Notes: generated by a model from the letters alone, not told the origin. A stretch of 20,000 nucleotides of DNA from an uncultured delta proteobacterium (GCA_963848135.1 CAWKCK010000007.1:48121-68120), one strand, 5' to 3'; counted from the first letter of the stretch, positions 1 to 9,394 are shown. Translations and numbers: made by a program.

Positions 1-392
1 GCAATGCTCCTTCCCGCATGCATAACCAAAGTGGCCCATAAGGCATCGAGGGTAAAGGGTTTGGGGAGATAGTCGTTGATGCCGATAGAATAGGCCGTTG
101 CGATGGCATCGTGATTTCCGCCGGCGGAAATCAAAACCGTTATGGTATTGGGGTTACTGCTGATGGCCTGTCGGAAGAATTCCAGTCCATTCATCCCGGG
201 CAGTCTATAGTCACTTATAATGATATCGAATGCCTCTTGCTCAAGCGCCCTCAAGCCCTCCTCTGCGGTTTTGACGACCCGGAGCGGATAGCCTTTCTGG
301 GTGAAAGCCAGTTCCATGGAATTCCGAACGAACCGATCATCATCGATCAGCAATGTCTTCAAGTATTTCAGTTTTTGATAGGTGTTAATCAT
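1..392 (-). CDS. Response regulator receiver (REC) domain protein, 3' end runs off the window
   Basis: Not in the ORF track (no stop inside the window). Manual translation from ATG at 392: MINTYQKLKYLKTLLIDDDRFVRNSMELAF...FDIIISDYRLPGMNGLEFF...TVLISAGG...INDYLPKPFTLDAL. Acidic pocket DDD, phosphoacceptor D, Ser switch and KP motif are all present. Purine-rich RBS (CAGGGGA) upstream. Confidence 0.88.
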   Translation of the reverse strand, partial: MINTYQKLKYLKTLLIDDDRFVRNSMELAFTQKGYPLRVVKTAEEGLRALEQEAFDIIISDYRLPGMNGLEFFRQAISSNPNTITVLISAGGNHDAIATAYSIGINDYLPKPFTLDALWATLVMHAGRSI

Positions 393-434
393 TGTCAGTT
401 TCCCCTGCAGCAATTGGTGTTTCTTACTCTCTTT

Positions 435-450
435 AACAATTATCGTGCCA
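435..450 (-). promoter_or_regulatory. Candidate sigma54 (-24/-12) promoter for the REC gene
   Basis: Minus strand TGGCAC-GATAA-TTGT matches TGGCAC-N5-TTGC except C>T at -12; about 45 nt upstream of the ATG at 392; adjacent to a sigma54 activator gene. Confidence 0.55.
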
Positions 451-536
451 CAAGAGAATTATGGGAATAAACAGAATATTTACAGAATTTTATGGCTATT
501 TCGTGCCGAGACGAATCGTTTTGAGCGCCGGCTGGA

Positions 537-576
537 ATGGGGTAAATACCCCATCAACGGTGTGGAAATTGCCCCA
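537..576. promoter_or_regulatory. Tandem palindromic sites, candidate upstream activator sequences for the sigma54 promoter
   Basis: ATGGGGT-AAAT-ACCCCAT (537-554) and a related imperfect copy TGTGGAAATTGCCCCA (561-576), 23 bp apart, about 90-125 bp upstream of the -24 element with an AT-rich stretch between. Confidence 0.55.
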
Positions 577-647
577 ACGAAAAGAGCAGAAAGCAGGAAG
601 GCAGTTTGGACTCACAATTCTTTGAATCTTGGTGCTAACTCCGGGAA

Positions 648-2036
648 TTAATCCAGCAGCTTTTTGCGCCGATACCGAAAGGTGTCGCGGCTGACCCCCA
701 ACAGTTTGGCCGCCCGGCTTTCGTTGCCATCCGTGACCCCCAGAGAGGCTTCATAGTAATATTTTTCGATGCCGGCAATAATATCGGGCAGATCGATTCC
801 TTCCGGAGCCAAGGCTGGCAGTTGTTTGCCGGTTCCCGCGGCAGATTGTGTCGGGTCCTGTCCCGCCACTTCCATCCCGAGACTGTCGAGTTGCAGCTCC
901 GGACCGCTTCCGAGAAGTACCGCCCGTTCGATAATGTTCTTTAACTCTCTAACATTACCGGTCCAATGGTGGGCTTTAAAGACCGCTTCGGCTTCGGTAC
1001 CGAGACCGGTAAAAGTCTTGCCGAACTTCTCGGCGAATTCAACCAGATAGTGCTTGGCAATGGGAATGATATCCTCTCGGCGCTGGTTGAGGGAAGGGAT
1101 TTCGATCTTTATGACTGCCAGGCGGTGATAGAGGTCCTGGCGAAATTTTCCAGCCGCAATCATATCCTCCAACATTTTGTTCGTGGCGGCGACGATTCGG
1201 GTCTGGGCCATACGCTTCTTGGTGCCGCCGACCCGGTAGTACTCGCCCTCTTCGAGGAAACGCAATAGCTTGGCCTGGGCCTCGAGGCTCAAATCGCCCA
1301 CTTCATCCAGAAAAAGCGTGCCTTCGGCCGCCTTTTCCACCAAGCCTTCTTTGCCGGCTTTATCGGCGCCGCTGAAGGCACCCTTTTCATAACCGAAGAG
1401 TTCGCTTTCGATCAGGTCTTTCGGAATAGCGGCACAGTTGACACTGATCATCGGACCTTCAAAATTCGGGCTGCGGTAATGAATGGCCTTGGCGATAAGC
1501 TCTTTGCCTGTTCCGGTATCACCCAGGATAAGGATCGAGGTGTCCGGACTCTGGGCAACTTTTATCACCACCTCCATGACATCCTGAATGGCGTCGCTTT
1601 CACCGATAAACCCAGGCAGGTTTTCCTTGAGGTACTTTTCATGGAGAAGCTGTATCTCCTTGCGCAGTTTGATCGTTTCAAGGGCATTGCGTACGGTCAC
1701 CATCAGGGCGTTCATCTGAAGCGGTTTGACCACGTAATCATAGGCACCCCGCTTCATAGCGGAGACCACCGTTTCAACATCCTCGTAGGCGGTAATCATG
1801 ATGACGATGACCTGGGGGTAGAGCTCCTTGATTTTTTTTAGTGCATCGATCCCGCTCATTCCGGGCAGACCGATATCCAGAAGAATCAAGTCGGGGGGCG
1901 GCTCACTCAATATCGTTTCGATGGTGTCCTCGGCATTGGAAAAGCCTTGGATCTTGTAACGCTTTCGAAGCGCCAGCACAACGCCCTCTCGGGCCACTTT
2001 CTCGTCATCCACAACGTACACTTTGAACGATGTCAT
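648..2036 (-). CDS. Sigma54-dependent response regulator, NtrC/AtoC family (REC - AAA+ - Fis HTH)
   Basis: REC (VVDDE, LLDIGLPG, VKP); Walker A GDTGTGKE; ESELFGYEKGAFSGA; Walker B LFLDEVG; WTGNVRELKN; C-terminal HTH GNESRAAKLLGVSRDTFRYR. ATGA overlap with the upstream kinase. Confidence 0.96.
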   Translation of the reverse strand: MTSFKVYVVDDEKVAREGVVLALRKRYKIQGFSNAEDTIETILSEPPPDLILLDIGLPGMSGIDALKKIKELYPQVIVIMITAYEDVETVVSAMKRGAYDYVVKPLQMNALMVTVRNALETIKLRKEIQLLHEKYLKENLPGFIGESDAIQDVMEVVIKVAQSPDTSILILGDTGTGKELIAKAIHYRSPNFEGPMISVNCAAIPKDLIESELFGYEKGAFSGADKAGKEGLVEKAAEGTLFLDEVGDLSLEAQAKLLRFLEEGEYYRVGGTKKRMAQTRIVAATNKMLEDMIAAGKFRQDLYHRLAVIKIEIPSLNQRREDIIPIAKHYLVEFAEKFGKTFTGLGTEAEAVFKAHHWTGNVRELKNIIERAVLLGSGPELQLDSLGMEVAGQDPTQSAAGTGKQLPALAPEGIDLPDIIAGIEKYYYEASLGVTDGNESRAAKLLGVSRDTFRYRRKKLLD

Positions 2037-3556
2037 TGAATTTGTGTCCTTTTATCTATGGGCAGCTCAATCGTGAATTTGGCCCCGCCTCTTTCATTGC
2101 CCTCAACGATAATTGCACCTCTGTGATCGTTGAGGATGCGCAACGATATGGCAAGCCCGATTCCCGAGCCGTCGCTCTCTGTTGTAAAAAACGGATCGAA
2201 GATCTTCTCGCGAATGCTGATGGGAATTCCCGGTCCAGTGTCGGAAATACTGAGATAGATGTTCTGATCTTTGGAAAAGGAACGCATCTCGAGGCGCTTG
2301 AAGCCGTTTTTCTTTTCCATGGCATTAACGGCATTGTCGATGAGATTCAAGACCACTTGCTCGATCAGATGCGCATCCCCGTAACACTTCGGCAGATTCG
2401 GCGCCAGATCGATGTCGACCTCGATCCCTTTCTTCCGCAGGATGGCCGCCGATAAATTGAGTGCTTCCTGCATGGGAAGGTTCATATTGATCAGCGACAT
2501 GGTGGGAGCGCCGGGCCGAGAAAAATCGAGAACTCGCTTGATGACCGACTCTATCTTATTGGAGGCGCCCTGAACCTGATGAACAATTTGACGCATCATC
2601 CCGATATCTTCCGAATCGAGCTCATCCGAATCCAGCAGGTCTTCGAGGGTAAACAGGTAGGAATTGATGCCGGTGAGGGGATTTCGGATTTCGTGAGCAA
2701 TCCCGGCGGCCACACGGCCCAGGGAAATCATTTTGCTTTTTACCCGGAGAAAGTGCTCCAATTCCTGCGACCGGGTGATATCCATTAAATTTATCAGAAT
2801 GGCATCGTCCCCCCGATAGGTGAAGCAACTGGCCCGGCAATGGAGCCAGCGAAAATCACTGGTCGTCTTATCGCTGCCCGCAGGATAAATACGGAAATCG
2901 GCTTCCACGGTCTTTTCTTTACCCTCAATGAGGCGCCGGTAACAGCCCGTGACCTTTTCGACATCATCCGCGTGGATGAAGTTTATGAGTGTATTCGGAG
3001 CGACGTTAGCGAACAACCGGTAAATTTTTTCCTGTTCTGGATTCTGATAGATAATTCGGTTTTTCTGAATGATGCATATACCGATCAGCGAATTCTCAAC
3101 TAGGGCCCGGAAACGCTCCTCGCTCTCGCGCAGCGCGACCTCCGAGCGCCGTCGGGCCTTGTCAAGTTCCCGGTGATCGAGCGCGTTCTTGACCGTTTTT
3201 GTCAGGTCTTCGATCCGTATCGGTTTGCGAAGATACCCGTAGGCACCACTTTTAAGGGCCTCGACAGCCGTTTCGATCGTCGCATCGCCGGTGATCATGA
3301 TAACGAGCGTTTCCGCAGAGTATTTTCTAACCTCAGCCAGGATCTGAAATCCGTCCATATCCGGCAGGTTGATGTCCAGAAAAACGAGGTCAAAACCTTT
3401 ATCACGGATATCGGCCAGCGCTTTAGCCCCCTCACTGCACGTCGCCACGCGGTGTCCTTGAAAACTGAGCAATCCCTTAAGGGTGTCGCAAACGATAGGT
3501 TCGTCATCTACGATCAATATGTCGGCGGTGTTGGAAACATTAACCTGCGTGTTCAT
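2033..3556 (-). CDS. Cytoplasmic histidine kinase: N-terminal REC, PAS, HisKA, HATPase_c
   Basis: REC ([21 protein letters not shown]); PAS-like segment ([10 protein letters not shown]); H-box AHEIRNPL; N-box NLIDNA; G1 DTGPGI; F FDPFFTT; G2 GSGIGL. Start placed at ATG 3556 (GGAG upstream); the ORF-track GTG at 3646 is an alternative. Confidence 0.93.
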   Translation of the reverse strand: MNTQVNVSNTADILIVDDEPIVCDTLKGLLSFQGHRVATCSEGAKALADIRDKGFDLVFLDINLPDMDGFQILAEVRKYSAETLVIMITGDATIETAVEALKSGAYGYLRKPIRIEDLTKTVKNALDHRELDKARRRSEVALRESEERFRALVENSLIGICIIQKNRIIYQNPEQEKIYRLFANVAPNTLINFIHADDVEKVTGCYRRLIEGKEKTVEADFRIYPAGSDKTTSDFRWLHCRASCFTYRGDDAILINLMDITRSQELEHFLRVKSKMISLGRVAAGIAHEIRNPLTGINSYLFTLEDLLDSDELDSEDIGMMRQIVHQVQGASNKIESVIKRVLDFSRPGAPTMSLINMNLPMQEALNLSAAILRKKGIEVDIDLAPNLPKCYGDAHLIEQVVLNLIDNAVNAMEKKNGFKRLEMRSFSKDQNIYLSISDTGPGIPISIREKIFDPFFTTESDGSGIGLAISLRILNDHRGAIIVEGNERGGAKFTIELPIDKRTQIQ

Positions 3557-3724
3557 GGATTCGAAAACTCCGGAAAATTTTAAATACACGGCACCCGGCC
3601 ATGCTAAGATGTTGACATTCCTCCCAGATTGCTCGGTTTGGCGCACACCGAAATTCTCTCAGGGGTCGCCCCGTGACACAGCAAACCACTCAATCACATC
3701 TATTTTAATAAAAATTTATATATT

Positions 3725-3737
3725 AATCAAGATCTTA
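3725..3737 (+). promoter_or_regulatory. Candidate IHF binding site in the divergent promoter region
   Basis: AATCAAGATCTTA matches WATCAANNNNTTR exactly and is preceded by an A/T-only tract (3701-3724). Confidence 0.4.
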
Positions 3738-4094
3738 TAGAATTTATCCCTCGATATTCGCAAAACAAACGCCCCGCTCGCCGGCTTCAGGAAGTATGAA
3801 CATTCACCGGCAAGCCCAACGTAAATCTCGATCACGGATTCGGGCGCCGACTTTTTAGATGAAAATTTACTGCCATATGATTCAAAACGACAGATGAATA
3901 ACCAGTAAGTTTTTGCAATTATTGTTTATATGTTGTATGGTGACTTATGATGATGTGCACAGAATGGGCTTGTCGGGAAGCGTTGGATTTAGGCAAAATG
4001 GTGCCGTTATAATTGGCATGGCGACAGCCCGCTCGGGTAAAAGCATACTGCCGTCGAAATTTTGCACGGCGATGACCGATGAACGCGGGAAACC

Positions 4095-6089
4095 ATGAAA
4101 ATCCTGATTGCTGGCAGTGAGCAACATGGCATCGAGTTGAACGTGTTTTTGAAAGCGCAAGGCCATCAGACAACCCGAGAAACCAATGGCCTAAATGCCC
4201 TCGACCGACTGCGCAGCGAGCCATATGACGCCATTATCGCCGAGAGTCGAATGTCGGGAATGGATGGGCTCGAGCTTTGCGCTATTATCAGGTCCGATCA
4301 CCGGCTAAAAGGACTCCCCATCCTCCTCTATCGCTCAGAGGCGGCAGTATCCAATGACCGCGAAATTGCGCAACGTCTCGGCGCACGATGGGTCAGTTCA
4401 ATACCGGACGGTTCTGACGCCGTGCTCGCCGCGCTGGAGGAGCTTTCCGGTCGCCTTGGCAAAGACGCCTCCGAAGATGGAAAAGAATCACAGGTTGAGA
4501 TGAATGCCTGGATACTCAACAGAATGGAGGAAAAAGCGCGGCAGCTCCAGCAAACGCAGAAGCAAATCCGATTCTTTAAAACGGCCGTTGAAAAGGCATC
4601 TGAAATGATTGCTGTCACGGACAGTGACGGCACGATCGAATATATCAATCCGGCGTTCGAAAACATCACCGGCTATGCGCACCACGAGCTGATCGGAAGT
4701 AACCCGCGGATATTGAAAAGCGGCCGGCAGGATACGCTGTTTTATCAGGAACTCTGGCGGACCATTACGCGGGGTGAGCCTTGGCACGGCTTTTTCGTCA
4801 ACCGTCGAAAGGACGGCTCCCAGTACAGGGAAGAAGCTGTCATCGTACCCGTGGCCAACAGTAATGGACACATTCACAATTACGTCACCATCAAACGCGA
4901 CGTCACCCAGGAAAGCCGGCTGCAGCGTCAACTGATCCAATCCCAAAAAATGGAAGCGATTGGCACCCTGGCCGGTGGCATTGCCCACGATTTCAACAAC
5001 ATCCTCTCGGCCATCCTGGGCTTTGCGGAGCTGGCCCTCTTCGACCTCCCGGAGGGCAGTCACAGCCACGAAGACGTTTCCGAAGTCATTAAAGCCGGAA
5101 ACCGGGCCAAAGACCTCGTCAGACAAATCCTGACATTCAGCCGCAAGACGGAACAGGAATTTAAGCCGATCGATATCGTTCCACTTTTGTCGGAAGCCCT
5201 CAAATTCCTGCGGGCGACACTGCCCTCAACCATTGAAATCTGCAACCAATTCGACGTCGAGCGAACTGAAGTCCTTTGCAATCCAACCATGATCCAGCAA
5301 ATCCTGATGAACTTGTGCACCAATGCCGCCCACGCAATGAAAAAGACCGGTGGGGTGCTGACGGTCAACTTGCTGGAGACCGAAGTGGACGTCGGCGGCA
5401 TCGACAAACACCGGGAATTGCCGCCCGGACCTTACGTGCAACTGACGATCGGCGACACGGGGCCCGGAATCGAACCCGCTATCATGGGGCGCATATACGA
5501 TCCGTACTTTACCACCAAGGAAAAGGGTGAGGGAACCGGTTTGGGCCTTTCCGTGGTACACGGCATCATCCAGTCATTGAAAGGTGCCGTGGCAATGGAA
5601 AGTGAACCCGGCAAAGGCACCGTATTCAACGTCTACCTGCCCCGCGTCATCGGTGTGCCGGAATCGGATGCTGCTCAACCGCAGTCCTTACCCACCGGAA
5701 ACGAGCGGATTCTTCTGGCAGATGATGAAGACGCACTGGCCACGATGGGGCGGTTGATGCTCGACCGACTGGGCTATCAAGTCACCGTAAAAACAGACAG
5801 TTACGAGGCTCTGAACACCTTCCGGTCCCAACCGGATCAGTTCGACCTGATCATTTCCGATAAGACGATGCCCCGAATGACCGGCTTCGATCTGGCCGAA
5901 GAGATCAAAAAAATTCGGCCTGATGTACCGATCATCATCTGCACCGGATACAGCGACGAAACTGAGGCAAACAAAGCCGTACGGCTGGGCATCAGCCGCC
6001 TTATCGTTAAACCGCTGAGTATGGACGAGCTGGCCATAGCTGTTCGATCGGCACTGGACGGCGCCGCAAAGAAACCCCGGCAACAGTAG
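4095..6089 (+). CDS. Hybrid sensor histidine kinase: degenerate REC, PAS/PAC, HisKA, HATPase_c, C-terminal REC
   Basis: PAS ([12 protein letters not shown]...[10 protein letters not shown]); H-box [38 protein letters not shown]; intact C-terminal REC (LADDE, ISDKTMP, VKP). Confidence 0.94.
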   Translation: MKILIAGSEQHGIELNVFLKAQGHQTTRETNGLNALDRLRSEPYDAIIAESRMSGMDGLELCAIIRSDHRLKGLPILLYRSEAAVSNDREIAQRLGARWVSSIPDGSDAVLAALEELSGRLGKDASEDGKESQVEMNAWILNRMEEKARQLQQTQKQIRFFKTAVEKASEMIAVTDSDGTIEYINPAFENITGYAHHELIGSNPRILKSGRQDTLFYQELWRTITRGEPWHGFFVNRRKDGSQYREEAVIVPVANSNGHIHNYVTIKRDVTQESRLQRQLIQSQKMEAIGTLAGGIAHDFNNILSAILGFAELALFDLPEGSHSHEDVSEVIKAGNRAKDLVRQILTFSRKTEQEFKPIDIVPLLSEALKFLRATLPSTIEICNQFDVERTEVLCNPTMIQQILMNLCTNAAHAMKKTGGVLTVNLLETEVDVGGIDKHRELPPGPYVQLTIGDTGPGIEPAIMGRIYDPYFTTKEKGEGTGLGLSVVHGIIQSLKGAVAMESEPGKGTVFNVYLPRVIGVPESDAAQPQSLPTGNERILLADDEDALATMGRLMLDRLGYQVTVKTDSYEALNTFRSQPDQFDLIISDKTMPRMTGFDLAEEIKKIRPDVPIIICTGYSDETEANKAVRLGISRLIVKPLSMDELAIAVRSALDGAAKKPRQQ

Positions 6090-6145
6090 AAATACTCATC
6101 TTCTGAATACATTCTGGCCTGACCAATACGAAAGAGATAAAAGTC

Positions 6146-6445
6146 ATGAGCGTAATCGTCGATGTCTCGATTTTCCCAACCGACAAGGGACCAAGCGTCA
6201 GTCCGTATGTGGCCCGGGTCCTTAAAATCATCAAGGCCAGCGGCTTGCCTTACCAGTTGACTCCCATGGGAACCTGTATCGAAGGTGAGTGGTCGACCGT
6301 CATGGCCGTGGTCGACGACTGTTTTCAGGAACTAAAATCCGATTGCAGCCGCGTCTATATTTCGCTTAAGGTGGATTACAGAAAAGGCCGCACTGACGGC
6401 CTGCACCGCAAGGTCGCCTCCGTGGAGACAAAGCTCTCTCCTTAA
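6146..6445 (+). CDS. MTH1187/YkoF-family (thiamine-binding-like) small protein
   Basis: 99 aa with family motifs SIFP..SVSPYVARV..I..SGL.Y.LTPMGTCIEGEW and DYRKGR...L..KV.SVE. Confidence 0.88.
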   Translation: MSVIVDVSIFPTDKGPSVSPYVARVLKIIKASGLPYQLTPMGTCIEGEWSTVMAVVDDCFQELKSDCSRVYISLKVDYRKGRTDGLHRKVASVETKLSP

Positions 6446-6549
6446 ATTCAGCTCTAATAAATCCCACCTTGACATTCGGACCACATTTGTTGTCAATATA
6501 AGCCCTGCTGGAAAAACGCTATCAAACATGCGCGCCAAGGTGCCCTCTG

Positions 6550-7200
6550 ATGCCTCCCCCTCCCCAAACGCTCGAAAAAATACATGATTATTTTTCCGCC
6601 TGGTCCGACGATCTCGGCAATCTCACGGGTATTGAGAGCAAAATAAATTATTGCCGCGCAAGAATCCCGGAGTTCCTTTTGAACCGATCGCTGATTGCCG
6701 ATATCCTTCACGGCATATCTTCCGTTGCGAAAAACAGCGCTCACAGTCATCGCATGCTTTTCGACAATGAGTGGCTGATCCATATGGATACCCGGCGACG
6801 ATTTTCCGTTCGTATGTATCTTCATGCGCCGGGGAACCATACCGTGGTTCACGACCACAGTTCATGGGGGGTATTGGGCAACCCTTCCGGTATCATGGAG
6901 ATCATCAAGTTCGACAGGCAAGATGACGGTAAAATCGAAGGGTATGCCCGCCTCACAAAGACGGAGCGCATCCGGTGCCTGCCAGGCCAAACCGATTTCA
7001 CCCTGCCGCTCGACGAAGGCATCCATCGGGTCGGCAATCCCACAAACCGGACCATCGTAATCATCAACGTATACGGAACGCCGATGCGAAGGCTGTATAT
7101 CAATCACTTTGATCTCGAGCAGAACCGGGTGACCAGGACTTATCCTCCCCGGTTGGCGCGGCGCATGCTGGCAGCCGATGCGCTCAAAACTCTCGTATAG
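6550..7200 (+). CDS. Cysteine dioxygenase / thiol dioxygenase-like cupin
   Basis: PGNHTVVHDHSSWG (HxH), GIHRVGN (third His) and NVYG follow the CDO/3-mercaptopropionate dioxygenase layout. Substrate unknown. Confidence 0.72.
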   Translation: MPPPPQTLEKIHDYFSAWSDDLGNLTGIESKINYCRARIPEFLLNRSLIADILHGISSVAKNSAHSHRMLFDNEWLIHMDTRRRFSVRMYLHAPGNHTVVHDHSSWGVLGNPSGIMEIIKFDRQDDGKIEGYARLTKTERIRCLPGQTDFTLPLDEGIHRVGNPTNRTIVIINVYGTPMRRLYINHFDLEQNRVTRTYPPRLARRMLAADALKTLV

Positions 7201-7235
7201 CCCGAATTTATAATTTTCTTGCTGAGATTTTACTC

Positions 7236-8834
7236 ATGACCCTCTTTTCGGCAGACGCATTCTCAACTTATCCATTCCCCTCCCGGCGAATGCCGGTATT
7301 TGCCCGCAATGTCGTCGCCACATCACAGCCTTTGGCCGCCCAGGCGGGTCTGGACATGCTGCGGTGCGGCGGAAACGCCGTCGACGCTGCTCTGGCCACC
7401 GCCATCGCACTGACGGTTGTCGAACCCACGGGCAACGGAATCGGCAGCGACGCTTTTGCTCTCATCTGGGATGGTCGGAAACTCCACGGCCTCAACGGTT
7501 CCGGACGATCGCCCTCCCGCTGGTCACCGCAGTGGTTTGCCGGCCATGAGGTCATGCCCGAGCGCGGATGGGACACGGTCACAGTGCCTGGTGCGGTGAA
7601 CGCCTGGGCGACCCTGTCAAAGAGATTCGGCAAGCTTCCGTTCGAACAGCTCTTCGCACCCGCCATTCGTTATGCCGCAAGGGGATTTATTGTCACACCG
7701 TCAGTGGGGGCCATATGGTCGGAGGCTAAAACTCTCTTAGGTGATTTTGCCGAGTTTGCCAAAATATTTCTTCCCGGCGGCGGCTCGCCAGCCACCGGGG
7801 AACTTTTCACCTGCCCCTGGCAGGCAGAGACCCTGCGAAAAATTGCCGCCACCTCCGGCGAGACTCTTTACCGGGGCGAACTGGCGCATCAAATCGCCGC
7901 CCAGGCGGCGGCCGAAGGCGGGGCCCTGGGAATCGAAGACCTGGCGAGACACACCTCGGAATGGGTAACGCCCCTCTCACAGGAATACCATGGCATCACC
8001 CTGCATGAAATTCCACCCAATGGGCAGGGTCTGGCCGCCCTGATGGCCCTTGGAATTCTTCGCCATCTGGACATCCGTCAATATCCCATGGACTCCGCCG
8101 ATAGCATCCATCTTCAAATCGAAGCCATGAAAATTGCATTTGCGGAGACCTGGCGCTGCATCGCTGATCCGGTATCCATGACCGTCGACCCGCAAGACTT
8201 GCTCAGCGACTCTTTTCTGTCACGTTGTGCCGAAACGATCCGAATGGATCGAGCACACCTGTCACCTGCCGACTATCGCACCGACGGTGGGACCGTTTAT
8301 TTGAGTGCGGCAGACGAGAGGGGAATGATGGTCTCCTTTATCCAGTCCAATTATTTGGGATTTGGCTCGGGCATCGTCATCAAAGACACGGGGATCAGCC
8401 TGCAAAATCGCGGGCGCGGCTTCACTCTCGCGGCGGGTCATCCGAACCGCATCGCCGGCAACAAACGTCCCTGCCACACAATTATTCCCGGCTTTATTAC
8501 CCGTAACGGCCAACCTCTGGTCAGTTTCGGCGTTATGGGTGCCTTGATGCAACCCCAAGGACATGTCCAACTGGTGGTACGGATGGTCGACTACGGTCTC
8601 AATCCCCAAGCGGCCTGTGACGCACCGCGCTGGTACGTGGCGGAAGACTTTCGGATCGCTTTGGAGCCCAATCTGCAAAAAAAAGTTGTCGCGGATCTGG
8701 CCGGGCGCGGACACCGTTTGATGCCCGATCCGCCGACGCGACTATTTGGCGGCGCCCAGCTGGTCGCATGCCTGCCGGATGGTTATTGCGGTGCCTCTGA
8801 TCACCGTAAGGACGGTCAGGCCGTAGGATTTTAG
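7236..8834 (+). CDS. ggt: Gamma-glutamyltransferase-family Ntn hydrolase (cytoplasmic, YwrD-like)
   Basis: VATSQPLAAQAG, GGNAVDAA, VVEPTGNGIGSDAF, nucleophile Thr in GGTVYLSAAD, SFIQSNY.GFGSG, HTIIPG, GVMGALMQPQGH, ASDHRKDG; no signal peptide. Confidence 0.92.
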   Translation: MTLFSADAFSTYPFPSRRMPVFARNVVATSQPLAAQAGLDMLRCGGNAVDAALATAIALTVVEPTGNGIGSDAFALIWDGRKLHGLNGSGRSPSRWSPQWFAGHEVMPERGWDTVTVPGAVNAWATLSKRFGKLPFEQLFAPAIRYAARGFIVTPSVGAIWSEAKTLLGDFAEFAKIFLPGGGSPATGELFTCPWQAETLRKIAATSGETLYRGELAHQIAAQAAAEGGALGIEDLARHTSEWVTPLSQEYHGITLHEIPPNGQGLAALMALGILRHLDIRQYPMDSADSIHLQIEAMKIAFAETWRCIADPVSMTVDPQDLLSDSFLSRCAETIRMDRAHLSPADYRTDGGTVYLSAADERGMMVSFIQSNYLGFGSGIVIKDTGISLQNRGRGFTLAAGHPNRIAGNKRPCHTIIPGFITRNGQPLVSFGVMGALMQPQGHVQLVVRMVDYGLNPQAACDAPRWYVAEDFRIALEPNLQKKVVADLAGRGHRLMPDPPTRLFGGAQLVACLPDGYCGASDHRKDGQAVGF

Positions 8835-8929
8835 CCCAAACCTTTCGTGACAATTTCTGGCTGTCCGATCAGCATCGAAGGCGTGACAATGGGTGATAAC
8901 ATCATTACTATTTCAATAGAGGAGGAAAA

Positions 8930-9316
8930 ATGAAAGATCCGTTTAAGACCCATGGGGCCTTCAGTTGGAACGAACTGGTGACGAGCGATCCCGCCGCAGC
9001 CAAGGCCTTCTATCGAAAGCTGCTGGGCTGGGAATTGGAAGAAATGAACATGGAAAACATGACCTATACCGTTGTAAAGGCCGACGGTGACGGCATCGGT
9101 GGTATCATGGGCATCCCGCCCGAAGCGTCGGGGACACCACCGCACTAGGGGGCTTACATTACCGTCGATAACGTCGATCAAACGGCCCGTTCAGCCGAAA
9201 CGCTGGGCGGCAAAATCATGGTGGCACCACAGGACATCCCCGGCGTCGGCCGGTTTGCCGTGATCCAGGATCCTCAGGGCGCCCTCATCTCTCTGATCAC
9301 CTATTCCATGGAGTGA
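8930..9316 (+). pseudogene. VOC/glyoxalase-bleomycin resistance family protein interrupted by an in-frame TAG (9146-9148)
   Basis: Strong RBS GAGGAGG. MKDPFKTHGAFSWNELVTSDPAAAKAFYRKLLGW...GTPPH*GAYITVDNVDQTARSAETLGGKIMVAPQDIPGVGRFAVIQDPQGALISLITYSME; the frame continues past the TAG with VOC motifs to TGA at 9314-9316. Confidence 0.85.
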
Positions 9317-9365
9317 CACCGCTGATGACTGGCAATAAAAACCGCCGAGGCCACCTAAAAAATCC

Positions 9366-9394
9366 TTTACAAGCGCGAGGGCTTTTTCTAAGCT
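9366..9394 (+). promoter_or_regulatory. Candidate sigma70 promoter for sdhA
   Basis: TTTACA (9366-9371), 17-bp spacer, TAAGCT (9389-9394), about 110 nt upstream of the sdhA ATG. Confidence 0.4.

Noticed and set aside
494..508. Second sigma54-like element CGGCACGAAATAGC on the minus strand
   Set aside because: GG-to-GC spacing is 9 nt rather than the required 10.
111..651. Plus-strand ORFs 111-470 and 382-651
   Set aside because: Antisense to the REC gene or spanning its promoter; no protein-like features.
4014..4028. TGGCAT-N5-CAGC upstream of the hybrid kinase
   Set aside because: GG-N10-GC spacing is right but the -12 context lacks TT; too weak to call.
8846..8890. Direct repeat CGTGACAAT twice upstream of the VOC gene
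   Set aside because: Only two 9-mers 36 bp apart; could be chance and is not a CRISPR or tandem array.
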